A stretch of 64,000 nt of DNA from an uncultured Phycisphaerales bacterium (GTDB lineage: Bacteria > Planctomycetota > Phycisphaerae > Tepidisphaerales > Tepidisphaeraceae), in assembly GCA_963758525.1 (NCBI GenBank), contig CAVWVQ010000003.1, positions 1,440,001 to 1,504,000 on the forward strand. Direction: 5' to 3'. A program made the position numbers and the translations under genes. Each line of letters starts with the position of its first letter. The first letter of the stretch is position 1. Below the pieces are notes generated by a model. It did no database searches. It was given only the letters and a program-made list of their open reading frames with translations, and was not told where the DNA came from. Below are positions 11,290 through 20,816 of this stretch, one piece after another.

Positions 11290-11494
11290 GCGGCAACTCT
11301 GAAAAAGCGCGACCACAAAGCGGCGCCGCGATGAGCTCATCTCCAGTCGCCAGCTTCCCGAACTCACTCAGCGCCTCGATCGATTCCACGCCGCAGCCGA
11401 TCGCGAATTCCATAAATTGCGCCAGATGCAACCGCCGGCTGCCGTCTCTGAGCACGCCGACTCTGGAACCGCGGAGGATGTTGGCACGGGACAA
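11290..11494 (-). pseudogene. possible XRE-family HTH remnant
   Basis: LRDGSRRLHLAQFMEFAIGCGVESIEAL resembles the C-terminal half of XRE HTH proteins and the fragment at 20179. Confidence 0.3.
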
Positions 11495-11530
11495 GCTATT
11501 TGCCCCCTACTGCCTCTGTCTCACTCACAG

Positions 11531-11688
11531 GAACCCGCCATTCCCGCCATTTCCGACATGCCTTGGATCGCATGAGGAATCGGTATGGTGGGATTTTTCG
11601 CGCCGTTTCACCAAACCCGCCATTGCAAAACGCCGCTGGCGCTATCGAGAAGCGGTGTTTTGGCGGAAATGGCGGGTTTGGCGGGTCG
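11531..11688. repeat. Iteron palindrome family B, copy 1
   Basis: AACCCGCCATTCCCGCCATTTCCG ... TTGGCGGAAATGGCGGGTTTGGCGGGTCG. Near copy at 13897-14053. Confidence 0.9.
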
Positions 11689-11745
11689 TCTGAGGCGGAT
11701 GGCGCTCTCGTTTTTGTTCGTTACAGCTCGGGTGCGTCACCTCAC

Positions 11746-11848
11746 AACGGACGCTCACTATCGTCACTGGTCAGGCATCCACCGCGCCCCATAGCGATGG
11801 ATTGATGACGGTAGTGAGCTGGATGACGGTGTTTTGCGAGTTGCTGGA
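11746..11848. repeat. Iteron palindrome family A, copy 2 (degenerate)
   Basis: AACGGACGCTCACTATCGTCACTGGTCAGGC ... TGACGGTAGTGAGCTGGATGACGGT ... GAGTTGCTGGA. Confidence 0.85.
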
Positions 11849-12013
11849 GTTGACTCCTTGGCCCCGCGCGTCGTGAAGTCCTGCGCCGGAATGGCGGTCC
11901 TGCAGCTGCTCAACGGCAGCCCATCTGGCGTTGCCGGCAATGGTGTCAGTGCGCAGGGATCCCGACAGCTCCACCTCCTTAACCTGTGTGACCCTCCCGG
12001 AGCTACTCACCCA

Positions 12014-12568
12014 TCACGCGCCCGCCGCGGTGAGATCACGGCGACGGACCAGGATCCCTTGCGCAGTCAATGTCATTATGACCGGCGTGCCCGGCGTGAG
12101 ATCACATTCTTCACGCAACGGAGCCGAAACTACGAGTTCCCCATGAGGCCCAATCGTGCCAGTGCCCTCATAGTTTTCAAAGTCGCTACGCGGTTTCTTT
12201 AGCATGCTATTTGGCACCACGAAGCTCTCGCCAACCGCGACTTTGGTGCCGGGATCACGGGCAATAACGCGGCTGTTGTTCTTCCCTTCTTTGACAACGA
12301 AAAAACGGCCGGGCTCACGATCGATTTCGACGGTGGATGCATATGATCGCCCGGCATAGGGGCGACCAGCGTTATCTCTCAATTTTGGGCGGACACGCAG
12401 TGTCTGCACACTCCCAGGTACGATGTCTTTCTTCGAAACTTTGATTCGTGGTCCTGCGGCATTGCCTTTCCCGTCGTCAGGCGCCACGCGCCAGTTCAGG
12501 TAGGACTCGCGAACAACGAGAAATTTACCAGGCAGGCCGCGCACCTCACATCGCCTCGAAAACCGCAT
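12014..12568 (-). CDS. AbrB-domain protein (copy 2)
   Basis: Co-linear paralog of 10017..10565 along its whole length. Confidence 0.7.
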   Translation of the reverse strand: MRFSRRCEVRGLPGKFLVVRESYLNWRVAPDDGKGNAAGPRIKVSKKDIVPGSVQTLRVRPKLRDNAGRPYAGRSYASTVEIDREPGRFFVVKEGKNNSRVIARDPGTKVAVGESFVVPNSMLKKPRSDFENYEGTGTIGPHGELVVSAPLREECDLTPGTPVIMTLTAQGILVRRRDLTAAGA

Positions 12569-12683
12569 AGGAATCTCCTTTCAACGTGGATCAGATGCAC
12601 GCAATGCTATACGCATGTAGTCGATTATTAATCTGACATGCGTTATCGTACGCGGCGTCGGGACTACCGTCAAGGAGGTCATT

Positions 12684-13211
12684 ATGAGTGTGTTAAGGGC
12701 CGAAATGCTCACTCCCCATGATCTGCCGCTGGTCGGCTGGGAAACTAAACGGGCATATGAAAGAGACCAGCGTGATATCCACCGATGGCAAGGCCTGAGG
12801 GCTACCATCGGGTATCAGTGCATCATTCCGTGCACCGTGCAGAATCCCATGATACGTGATGCGATAGAGGACGTTCTCTCGCGCATCGCCGACATATGGT
12901 TTAACGACGCACTCGTCCTTCAATCGAGAGTTCATTCCATTGACGCGATGCCTGGGCGCGAACGATATTTCCGTAACCGCCAAGGGAAAGATCGCGTTCG
13001 TCTGGGCAGATGGCGCGGCCTTGATGCCAAGATCTTGCTCAACGAGAAAGACATAATGAATTACGACGAGGCACGCTATGTCTTTGCCCATGAATGCGGC
13101 CACGCGGCGCAGCGGATCGGTCATGACTGGGGGTATAGGGCGAACGAGCGGTGGGCTGACAAATACGCTGCTGACCTCGGATTTGTGAGGCCCGCGTCGA
13201 TACGCCGGTAG
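12684..13211 (+). CDS. ImmA/IrrE-like HExxH metallopeptidase (copy 2)
   Basis: AAGGAGG RBS. RYVFAHECGH...ANERWADKYA. Confidence 0.7.
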   Translation: MSVLRAEMLTPHDLPLVGWETKRAYERDQRDIHRWQGLRATIGYQCIIPCTVQNPMIRDAIEDVLSRIADIWFNDALVLQSRVHSIDAMPGRERYFRNRQGKDRVRLGRWRGLDAKILLNEKDIMNYDEARYVFAHECGHAAQRIGHDWGYRANERWADKYAADLGFVRPASIRR

Positions 13212-13295
13212 CGGGTTGAATCATTCCCGGAGCAAGGACGAGATGGCGGGATCCATTATCTTGACGAAATAGTGGTGGTGTCCGACATTCAGGTC

Positions 13296-13772
13296 ATGAT
13301 TCAGCTTGGCATTGCAGAACAGGCTTTCATGGCGGCGTTTGCTCGCGACGACGATTTTCACGATGCCGTGAAACGTCGCACGTACCTTGATTGAACCACT
13401 GGGGAGGTCCTATGGGTGTACTCTTCGGATGAAGATGCCGCCATGGAGATGGGGGATGCCGCAGCCGAACAGAACCAAATCCTCCGACAGCAGCTTGAGG
13501 CGAACCCGCGTAGCTTTCTGCGCATTCCCGGCCTCTCGCATGGAGACCATCACGAAATCCTGAAGGACTTCGTCGGTTCAGCATGGACGCCCGATGAAGA
13601 ACTCCGAAGGGAGGCCGTGAGCGCCTACACACGATCCATCGGCACATGGCAAAAACGCATGGAAGGTCGTGACGATGTCTTGGCGGCGTGGCGCGAATTT
13701 AAGGAGCGAGCTGTAGCCAAGCGCGCGGCCGCCTTCCTGCGCAAGAACGGTATTGAGGCTCAATGGCGCTGA
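13296..13772 (+). pseudogene. UPF0158-like protein with an in-frame TGA at 13392-13394
   Basis: Reads MIQLGIAEQ...TYLD*TTGEVLWVY...FLRIP...WREFKERAVAKRAAAFLRKNGIE. The YLDxxTGEV motif and C-terminus are typical of UPF0158. Confidence 0.6.
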
Positions 13773-13896
13773 GTTGTAAGCCAGCCGATGGCGAGCATGC
13801 CACGTTGTCTTCGGGGCGAGGGTCGAGGGCGACGATTCTCAACCGGTCTGACTCGGCGCAAAAAGAAACAAACTTGTCCCGTACTCTATCTCCTGC

Positions 13897-14053
13897 GAAC
13901 CCGCCATTCCCGCCATTCCCGACATCCATTGGGTTGCATGAGGGGTCGGCATGGCGGGTTTTCCGCGCCGTGTCACCGAACCCGCCATTGCAAAATGCCG
14001 CTGGCAATATCAAAAAGCAGCTTTTTGGCGGAAATGGCGGGTTTGGCGGGTCG
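13897..14053. repeat. Iteron palindrome family B, copy 2
   Basis: Co-linear with 11531-11688. Confidence 0.9.
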
Positions 14054-14119
14054 GATGAGGCAATAGGGTCGTGGCGCCGTTCGAAATAGATCGGCCATCG
14101 CCCGTCGGTTTCAGACAGT

Positions 14120-14720
14120 CGTAGGCATCCGAGAATTCGAGGGGATCTGTTGGTTCCATTTCACACGGGTTCCCATAAACGAGCGCTTCGAGATTGGCAT
14201 TTTACCCGTCGATCAACGGTTAGATGAAATCTGGTCGCTCTTGGGATCGTTACTTCCAAGGAAGTTCGGCCCGGCGGCGTGGGAGGAGTTTAGGGATAGC
14301 ATGCAGGACAGCCCGCACCATTATGCGGACCTATACCGGCTGAAGACTGCCAGTAAAAGGATGAGTGGCCCCTTTGCTATGCTGCTTCGGTCAATCGCGT
14401 TTGAGAGGGGACGCCACGACACTCATTACCTGCGAACGCCAGAGACTATTGAAGACATCTGCATCGTTTTCAAGGAAACGCATGGCTTTGATTTGCAGCG
14501 CGCATTCATTCGTCAGACCAAGCCGTGTATCGTCAAGTTCTTACACAGAGAGCATAAGTTGTACGCTCTTGAGGGCGCGCTCCACTACCTTTATCTCTCG
14601 CGTAAGCGGGGTGGAACGAAGGGAATGATGCCGGGCTGCTTCGATGCCGCAGGAAGCCCGATTCCGCCTGCCGATATTCTAAAAGTGGAGTTCATTCCGA
14701 GAGCACCTCGGCGCGGGTAG
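14120..14720 (+). pseudogene. 5'-truncated hypothetical protein
   Basis: The frame of ORF 14241..14720 is open upstream (GICWFHFTRVPINERFEIGILP) but has no convincing start after repeat B. Confidence 0.45.
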
Positions 14721-14932
14721 GAGGCGAGGCTAGAGCAGGTCGAGCCAGGCCCCCCACCCTCCCCGTCGACAAGCTCGCATCTGGCCATGATTTCCAGCAG
14801 TTCCGCCAACGAGAAAGCGGTTTCGCAGCTTCCGACATGGTGATCGAATGCTGGAATTTTAGGGACACCGCAGCAAGCGCTCGTGGTCTGTATCGGCGGC
14901 ACTCCGCACGCCGGCGCAACAAGGTCAGGCAG

Positions 14933-15805
14933 TCAAACACAGGCACGAGCGCCAAACTGGCTGGGATCAAGGCCAGCCGCGATCAGGGAATTCCGCCAAT
15001 TCCCATGCCGCCGAGTAGCAGCGCGGTACAGCGCCCTGTCATCGCGATAGACCGCAACGGCATTGATCGCCCGGCGGTCGCGATGCCGTGAAAGGATCGC
15101 ATGAGTCACAGCCTCGGTCGTCCAGCGCTGTCCAGACTGTCGCACCGATACCGAGCCCGAGTCCACGAGCCCGGGTGCGCAAGAGATCACCGGCTTTGAG
15201 TTCCTCTCGACGTCCCGTTCACCGGTGTGGGTCGCGGAGCCGATCGGTCGTCGTGAAGCATGCAGGGTGGGATCAATCCCGGCGGCTACAATCGCCGCCC
15301 GCCAACTTCCGAAGATCCTCGCGCCAGCGTCCGCTAGCGATCTCGGTTGCACGGATCGTGCCGCTAGTGGCGCGTTCCTCAACACCCTCGTCAGAATCTC
15401 TTCGATGATCCGCTCGGGAGTCCACTGGACTACCCGTCGGAATCTCTCGGGGTCGGCGCCCGCTGCGATTACAGCCTTAGACCATGACCCGAAGACCCTG
15501 CGCGCCGCCGCCACCAGGCCCGAATGTCGATTCTGCAATTCGGTTGGGCTCAAAGGTCGCTGTCGCCGCCCGAGCAATCTGATGTTCGCGAGAATCTTGG
15601 CCGGCGGCCAACTGTCGTGCGATCTCGCACGTTTCGGTGGGACACCGGCCGCCACGATAGCGTTGCGCCACGACCCGAAAACCCGGGACGCTGCCTCGTA
15701 CAACCCGGAATCTACTCCCTGTTTTTTGCTCGCGGTGAGGTTTAGCCCTTCTGATTCGCGTCGAAGAATCTCCCGGATGATCTGCTCGCGTGTCCACTTC
15801 ACCAT
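14933..15805 (-). CDS. protein of four ~60-aa helical repeats (homing-endonuclease-associated repeat-like)
   Basis: Four copies of W(T/P)xExII...LY/VxAAxRxFGSWxxAIxAAG. No nuclease motif seen. Confidence 0.7.
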   Translation of the reverse strand: MVKWTREQIIREILRRESEGLNLTASKKQGVDSGLYEAASRVFGSWRNAIVAAGVPPKRARSHDSWPPAKILANIRLLGRRQRPLSPTELQNRHSGLVAAARRVFGSWSKAVIAAGADPERFRRVVQWTPERIIEEILTRVLRNAPLAARSVQPRSLADAGARIFGSWRAAIVAAGIDPTLHASRRPIGSATHTGERDVERNSKPVISCAPGLVDSGSVSVRQSGQRWTTEAVTHAILSRHRDRRAINAVAVYRDDRALYRAATRRHGNWRNSLIAAGLDPSQFGARACV

Positions 15806-15809
15806 GGCG

Positions 15810-16646
15810 TTACCCTCTGGCCTCGGCGATGACCGTCTGAAAGCGGTGGACAATCGCGGGGTGATGTTGGTTGAGGTATTCGCGAATACGAGAATTCGTC
15901 AGCAGTTCACGGGCGAAGATGGCAAGCCTGAGCAGATCTACGGTGTACTGCTTGTAGAGCCGCGAGTAGAAGTCGTGCTTCTGCTCGGCGTCTGCCAACT
16001 GCTTCAGAAGGCTGGTTTTCCGCTTCGCGGTCTTGTCCCACGGGTCATTTCCCCCTTTGCGGATCTCACGCAGCGGCGGCGGTGTCTTGAGAATCAGCGT
16101 GCGGACGAATGCGATGCTGTAGTCCTTATAACCCTCCATCGCCGCCATGATCTCCTTCTGCCGGGCCGGCTTCACGTTCGTCAATTCTCGGGCGCACGAC
16201 CGCGTGATCTTGTCTTTATCAAAAGCGCTCGCCACGTCGGGGTGCAGACGTTTCAGAAGGGTTTTCTTCAGGCGGTGGGAGATTCCGGCGATCCCCAACG
16301 CCGCTGCTATTGTGTCTTCGTCGAGTTCCTCCATTGACTGCTCGATCATTCGGTTCTCCTGCACCGGTGACACCCCATTCACCATGCGGTTGCTGGTGAA
16401 TGCCTCACGTCGTTTTCCCAATATACAGGGCACCACCTCGATCCCAAGCTCAAGCAATGCCCGGTATCTCTGAACTCCGTCGAGGATCACGTAGTCGTCG
16501 CCATCGGGGTAGACGATCAACGGTTCAATCAGGCCGACCGCCTTAATGCTGGCAAGGATTCGGTCGTACTCGCGTTTCTTGACCTTGCGATCGCGTAGAG
16601 GCCGGAGACGGATGATGGGAATATCGCAACCAATTGATTCGTCCAT
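15810..16646 (-). CDS. ParB N-terminal / RepB-like partitioning protein
   Basis: ILASIKAVGLIEPLIV...YVILDGVQRYRAL ParB motif. Confidence 0.85.
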   Translation of the reverse strand: MDESIGCDIPIIRLRPLRDRKVKKREYDRILASIKAVGLIEPLIVYPDGDDYVILDGVQRYRALLELGIEVVPCILGKRREAFTSNRMVNGVSPVQENRMIEQSMEELDEDTIAAALGIAGISHRLKKTLLKRLHPDVASAFDKDKITRSCARELTNVKPARQKEIMAAMEGYKDYSIAFVRTLILKTPPPLREIRKGGNDPWDKTAKRKTSLLKQLADAEQKHDFYSRLYKQYTVDLLRLAIFARELLTNSRIREYLNQHHPAIVHRFQTVIAEARG

Positions 16647-16679
16647 AAAAAGCCTGCCTTTCAGAGTTGAGCGATATGA

Positions 16680-17579
16680 TCAGTTACCGGGTGAGTCAGT
16701 GTAGGTGCCGGCCAGTTCGGGACGTTGAGCAAGCCCCTCGGTCTGCAATATCGTCAGCAGCGCCGAGTCCTTCCACAATGCCGTGAAACCGTCAAGCAGC
16801 ATGAACAGCCGGCTCTCTTTGCCCTGGGCTTCACGGACATAAGAATCTTTGGCCTGGGTGGCGCTGGAAATGTCCGTCGTCAAGGTGGCGACGGTATAGC
16901 CTTCCGCTGACTCAGTGCTGCGTTTGCGATGCCGACGGTCTGTGCGCGCAGTGATGATCGATCGAGCTCGCGCGAAGTTCTGGGAGTTGACGATTCCCTT
17001 GTCGAAAGCATCCATCAGGACGTTCTGTATGGCAGCGCCATCAGTCGAGGCAACGAGGACCGCGAAGGAGATTGGAAACACCTCCTGCTCGACTCCCTGA
17101 ATCAGCCGGTCCTCTCCGTTCTCGACCAGACGAATGTACTGGCGCACATACTCCGCGGTGCGACACGCGACCTCGGCGATTTGCTCGAAGGTCCAATTCT
17201 CGTCCCGGAGGTTCTTCAACTCCCGTGCGAACTCCATCGTACCGGGGCGACTACGGGCCAGGTTCTCGATCAACGACTCAAGGTAGGCCTGTTTCCGAGT
17301 GCAGGTGACGATCTCTGCGAGGACGTGTGTCTTTTTGAGCCGCTTCCCTGCGTTGAGTCGGCCCTCGCCGCAGATCAGCTCATAGTTTCCCTGACCGTCT
17401 TTACCGAGGAACTTGTCGTTCACCCGGATGTCTTTGATTTGCCCGATCGCCTCAATGCTCTGCACGTTGCGGGCGAACTGAACCTCATCGCGTGTGCGGG
17501 AGTTGATGACCTTGATCTTATCGAGCGGAATCATTTCGCGCCGGCGGTCTTTCATCAGGATAATCTGTGCGTTGCTCAT
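16680..17579 (-). CDS. ParB/RepB/Spo0J-family protein
   Basis: IPLDKIKVINSR...YELICGEGRL...SLIENLAR. Confidence 0.85.
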   Translation of the reverse strand: MSNAQIILMKDRRREMIPLDKIKVINSRTRDEVQFARNVQSIEAIGQIKDIRVNDKFLGKDGQGNYELICGEGRLNAGKRLKKTHVLAEIVTCTRKQAYLESLIENLARSRPGTMEFARELKNLRDENWTFEQIAEVACRTAEYVRQYIRLVENGEDRLIQGVEQEVFPISFAVLVASTDGAAIQNVLMDAFDKGIVNSQNFARARSIITARTDRRHRKRSTESAEGYTVATLTTDISSATQAKDSYVREAQGKESRLFMLLDGFTALWKDSALLTILQTEGLAQRPELAGTYTDSPGN

Positions 17580-19102
17580 GATGACCTCGCCAATTGAAAG
17601 ATGAATTCGAGTCCGGTGTGCCCGTACATGTCGAGTCGGGACTCGGATGATCCGAAGAGTCGAATGCCTCGGTCTTCAACCATCAGGCGCGGCAGCGCCA
17701 GGTATCCAAGGATTTGCGGACCATGCGGACCGGAGACGGGAACGCCGAGCGTGATGTCGACGGTCCCGCGCTCATCGGGCCGGAAATACCAGTATTGGCT
17801 GTACCCGTGGGGAACCGGAACCGAAGGCTGGATCAGAACGGTGAACTTCCCATTGACGACCAGGAAGTCGTCGTAGCTCTCGACATCCTTGACCAATCCC
17901 CGCAGCAGCGACTCGACCTCGGTCCTAACCGCCGTGAGCGCGTTGCGGTAGGCCTGCTGATAGGCCGCATCCAGCGATCCGAACCGCTTGGCGTATGTAG
18001 CAGGTGATGGCGCAGCGGCATCGGTCCGGAGGAATGACGGCCGGAGGAACTCGTGTTCTTGCACCAGTCGGTCCAATTGCGCGAGCATGAAATCTCGACC
18101 ATAGCGGTGCGCGGCCTGCGCCAGGACGGTTTGTGCATGCTCGAAGACCGCCTGCTCCACGATAGGATCGAAGGCATTGGCCGTTCTGATCCACTCCCCT
18201 TTGGGATTGTGCCGTGTCGGCGTCTTCAGCTTCTGTGAAGTCCGGTTGTATACCAGCGTGCCGACGTACAGTTCATTGACGAGGATTCGCCGGACCTTGG
18301 CGCCATCCCATCTGCCGCCACCTGGCGAAGAAATGCTGTCACGATTCAGTCCGTCGGCGATTTCCTGCAGCCTCCGGAGCGTCTGGGTAAATTCGTGAAA
18401 GATGCGGTGGATCGTTGCTACCTGTCCCTCGTCCCCCCAGGCCAAGGTGACCCGCTGGTTCTGAATGCTTTTCCGCTGGCCCGGTGCCAGCACATGCAGA
18501 GGTGACTTCGTTTCATCCAGAAGCAATCGTGCGAGTCCATACGGCGGCGTGCCGCCGGCCCAATAGCCTTGCTGACTGATCTTCACACAACCGCGGAAGA
18601 CTTTCTCGCTCAGTTCCCGGCTGTATTGCGCCGAACGAAGGCGCTCGAACTGGATGACGAGCGGATAAAACTGATCGCCCTCCCTGCGCTTGCCGATCGT
18701 GGTGTAAATGACCTCCTTGCCATGGCGCTTGCACTCGGCGCTGTACGTGGCCGAGAGATCGATGTCTTGGAATCTTCCCCAGCGGCTGACGTCGAGGCAC
18801 AGGACCAAGGAGAAGTCTTTGCGCCGCTTGACCCAGTTCTCCATCATATCGTTGAAGGCGTCGCGCCCTTCGGCCGTCAGGCCCGACTTACCGCGATCAG
18901 CGAACTCGTGAATGACCTCGATGCCATTGGCGGCCGCCCATTGCAGCACCTGCTCTTGCTGGATCGCGACGGAGTTTTCCTGCCGATCCTGCGCAGAGTG
19001 CCGGTAATACGCGATGGCACGTAGCAATGGCAGTTTTGGTTCGGCGCCCGACGGCTCACTAGCCCACCACGGTGTTCGGTTGTTCTCTGGTTGCACGGGC
19101 AA
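17576..19102 (-). CDS. large serine recombinase
   Basis: AIAYYRHSAQDRQENS, DRGKSG, LDVSRWGRFQ, GYWAGGTPPYG, followed by a recombinase domain. Confidence 0.9.
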   Translation of the reverse strand: MPVQPENNRTPWWASEPSGAEPKLPLLRAIAYYRHSAQDRQENSVAIQQEQVLQWAAANGIEVIHEFADRGKSGLTAEGRDAFNDMMENWVKRRKDFSLVLCLDVSRWGRFQDIDLSATYSAECKRHGKEVIYTTIGKRREGDQFYPLVIQFERLRSAQYSRELSEKVFRGCVKISQQGYWAGGTPPYGLARLLLDETKSPLHVLAPGQRKSIQNQRVTLAWGDEGQVATIHRIFHEFTQTLRRLQEIADGLNRDSISSPGGGRWDGAKVRRILVNELYVGTLVYNRTSQKLKTPTRHNPKGEWIRTANAFDPIVEQAVFEHAQTVLAQAAHRYGRDFMLAQLDRLVQEHEFLRPSFLRTDAAAPSPATYAKRFGSLDAAYQQAYRNALTAVRTEVESLLRGLVKDVESYDDFLVVNGKFTVLIQPSVPVPHGYSQYWYFRPDERGTVDITLGVPVSGPHGPQILGYLALPRLMVEDRGIRLFGSSESRLDMYGHTGLEFIFQLARSS

Positions 19103-19215
19103 TTACGCCTTATGTAAAAAAAAGAACCTGTGGCCAGGTCGCTTTCGGTTGCTCGGGAGAGTGTGCGCGATCCCCGTGCAAATCAGAGGGGGATTCCCGT
19201 GCAATCCGCGTGCAA
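19091..19215. promoter_or_regulatory. CGTGCAA repeats upstream of the recombinase
   Basis: Direct copies at 19175, 19198 and 19209. Inverted copy at 19091. Confidence 0.45.
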
Positions 19216-19231
19216 TGTGGCAGACGCGGTT

Positions 19232-19783
19232 TTAGAGATCGAGGATATAGCGTCCGTTATGACCTCTGATCGCCTTGGCCAACCCGGTCATCCCGCCCTC
19301 GCGCAGTCGGCGCCGAAGATGGCGGACGACGCTGCGAATCGTGGCGGTGGCAAGCTCTTCATCGTCCCACACGTCACGGAGCAGATCGAGGTGCGTGACG
19401 TACTGATTCGGGCGTCGGGCAAGCCGATCGAGAAGTCGAAAGCTGAGCGTGTGTCCCAAATGCAGGGAGCGGCCATGCCATGACACGCTCAGCGTTGACT
19501 CGCTCAGCAGCGGCCGTGAGTTGGCGCTGGAACGGTTCAATTCACGCCCGCACCGAAGGCGATCGCTCTGGATGACGTTTTCAGTCTCCGACCGGACGAC
19601 AGTGCGGATTTCTTCCACGCAGATCGCGGCGGTCATGAGTGTCTCAGCAAGTTGACTGGTAAGTCTGTCCAGTCGATGTGCGCTGTCCTGATTGTCCACG
19701 GGGATGCTCCATCTCGCGGCCACAGATGATGGAAACCCCGCCCCGGAACCGGCCCAGAGTGTTCTCGGTGCACCAGAATGCAT
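19232..19783 (-). CDS. orphan OmpR/PhoB-type winged-helix DNA-binding protein (start uncertain)
   Basis: FRLLDRLARRPNQYVTHLDLLRDVWDD...TIRSVVRHLRRRL...GRYIL. No receiver domain. Confidence 0.75.
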   Translation of the reverse strand: MHSGAPRTLWAGSGAGFPSSVAARWSIPVDNQDSAHRLDRLTSQLAETLMTAAICVEEIRTVVRSETENVIQSDRLRCGRELNRSSANSRPLLSESTLSVSWHGRSLHLGHTLSFRLLDRLARRPNQYVTHLDLLRDVWDDEELATATIRSVVRHLRRRLREGGMTGLAKAIRGHNGRYILDL

Positions 19784-20007
19784 GGAGATTCATTCGCTGG
19801 GGCGTGCCTTCGGGGCCGATATTGTTCCCTATTGGGAAAATCGGCCGGAAGGTCCATGGTTCAGGATTGGTAGTTTTTCGATGATATCGCTGACGTGGCT
19901 GGCAATGCCCAATGTGCTTGAGCCTACTTCCGCAGCTTCACCAACTTAATCAGTGCCTCAGTCGGCTCCGCGCCACAGCCGACCGCGGAATGGTTGGCGC
20001 GTAGACG

Positions 20008-20174
20008 GTCCGACGAAGACCACTCAGCAGCCGGAACGACCGAAGCCAGTGCGTCAACACGCAACGGACGCTCACTACCGTCACTACCGTCACTGATCAG
20101 GCGCAGTTGGGGGCCAGAGAGGTGGCTCAGTGACGGTAGTGAGCTTGATGACGGTGCATTCCGAGTTGCTGGAA
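20008..20174. repeat. Iteron palindrome family A, copy 3
   Basis: AGCCGGAACGACCGAAGCC...AACGGACGCTCACTACCGTCACTACCGTCACTGATCAGGC...GAGTTGCTGGAA, co-linear with copy 1. Confidence 0.9.
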
Positions 20175-20178
20175 GGCG

Positions 20179-20390
20179 TCAATTGCGTCGCCGTCGCCTG
20201 ACTGGGGCTAGCTCGGCAATGACGCGTGACAGTTTCGCTGTCTCGACCACCGGCTCCGCCCCGCATGCCCGGCAGATCTGCACGAACTCGATGATGTCTA
20301 CTCTGCTGCCCCGTTTCGATTCGGCCGACAAGGTTTTGCTCGCGGCCGAGGGCATCGGCAATCGCATCGCCATGTCCAGCACAACCACTG
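20179..20390 (-). pseudogene. frameshifted XRE-family HTH regulator
   Basis: IADALGREQNLVGRIETGQ in one frame joins RVDIIEFVQICRACGAEP in another. Confidence 0.6.
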
Positions 20391-20816
20391 ATCGTGTTTG
20401 ATTCGATCCGCCAGTTCTCGGCGCGTGAGCCCGTCCTATTCGCGCATGGCTCGTACAAGCGACGGCACCCTGCGGTAGGGCAGAGCGTCATTGCCCTTCG
20501 TGGATATCTCGCCGGACTATCCGCATACGGATTCGACGAAGCGGTGTACAATTGTTTTTCTTGACCTGTCTTTGTCATCAAAGGATACTTGCTTATTGTT
20601 TCGTACCGTTCGCTGTGGCGGGATTTCGGATAAGGGGCCGGTAAGGGGCCGGTAGGTCATGGCAATCCGTAGGCTGGTTCGCAATCGCGGTGAGAATGGC
20701 AGCGCGCGGTGAATTGTTCGGCAAGGTCTCAGTCTCGCGCCAATGAGTTGCAAGTCAGCGAGACTTAGCCAGCGCTGCCGAGTGCGCAATAACTCAACTC
20801 GAAGGGAAGCCAACAA

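Noticed and set aside
13392..13394. Selenocysteine or recoded TGA
   Set aside because: The position is not a Cys-type site, no SECIS-like hairpin was recognised, and TGA serves as a normal stop elsewhere in the window.
15225..16337. 370-aa plus-strand ORF
   Set aside because: Antisense to the ParB-like and repeat-protein genes, with no motifs.
9335..20174. Family A/B repeats as a CRISPR array or integron attC sites
   Set aside because: No regular repeat-spacer periodicity and no cas genes. The ends do not fit RYYYAAC/GTTRRRY, and the integrase looks like a tRNA-targeting phage-type enzyme rather than IntI.
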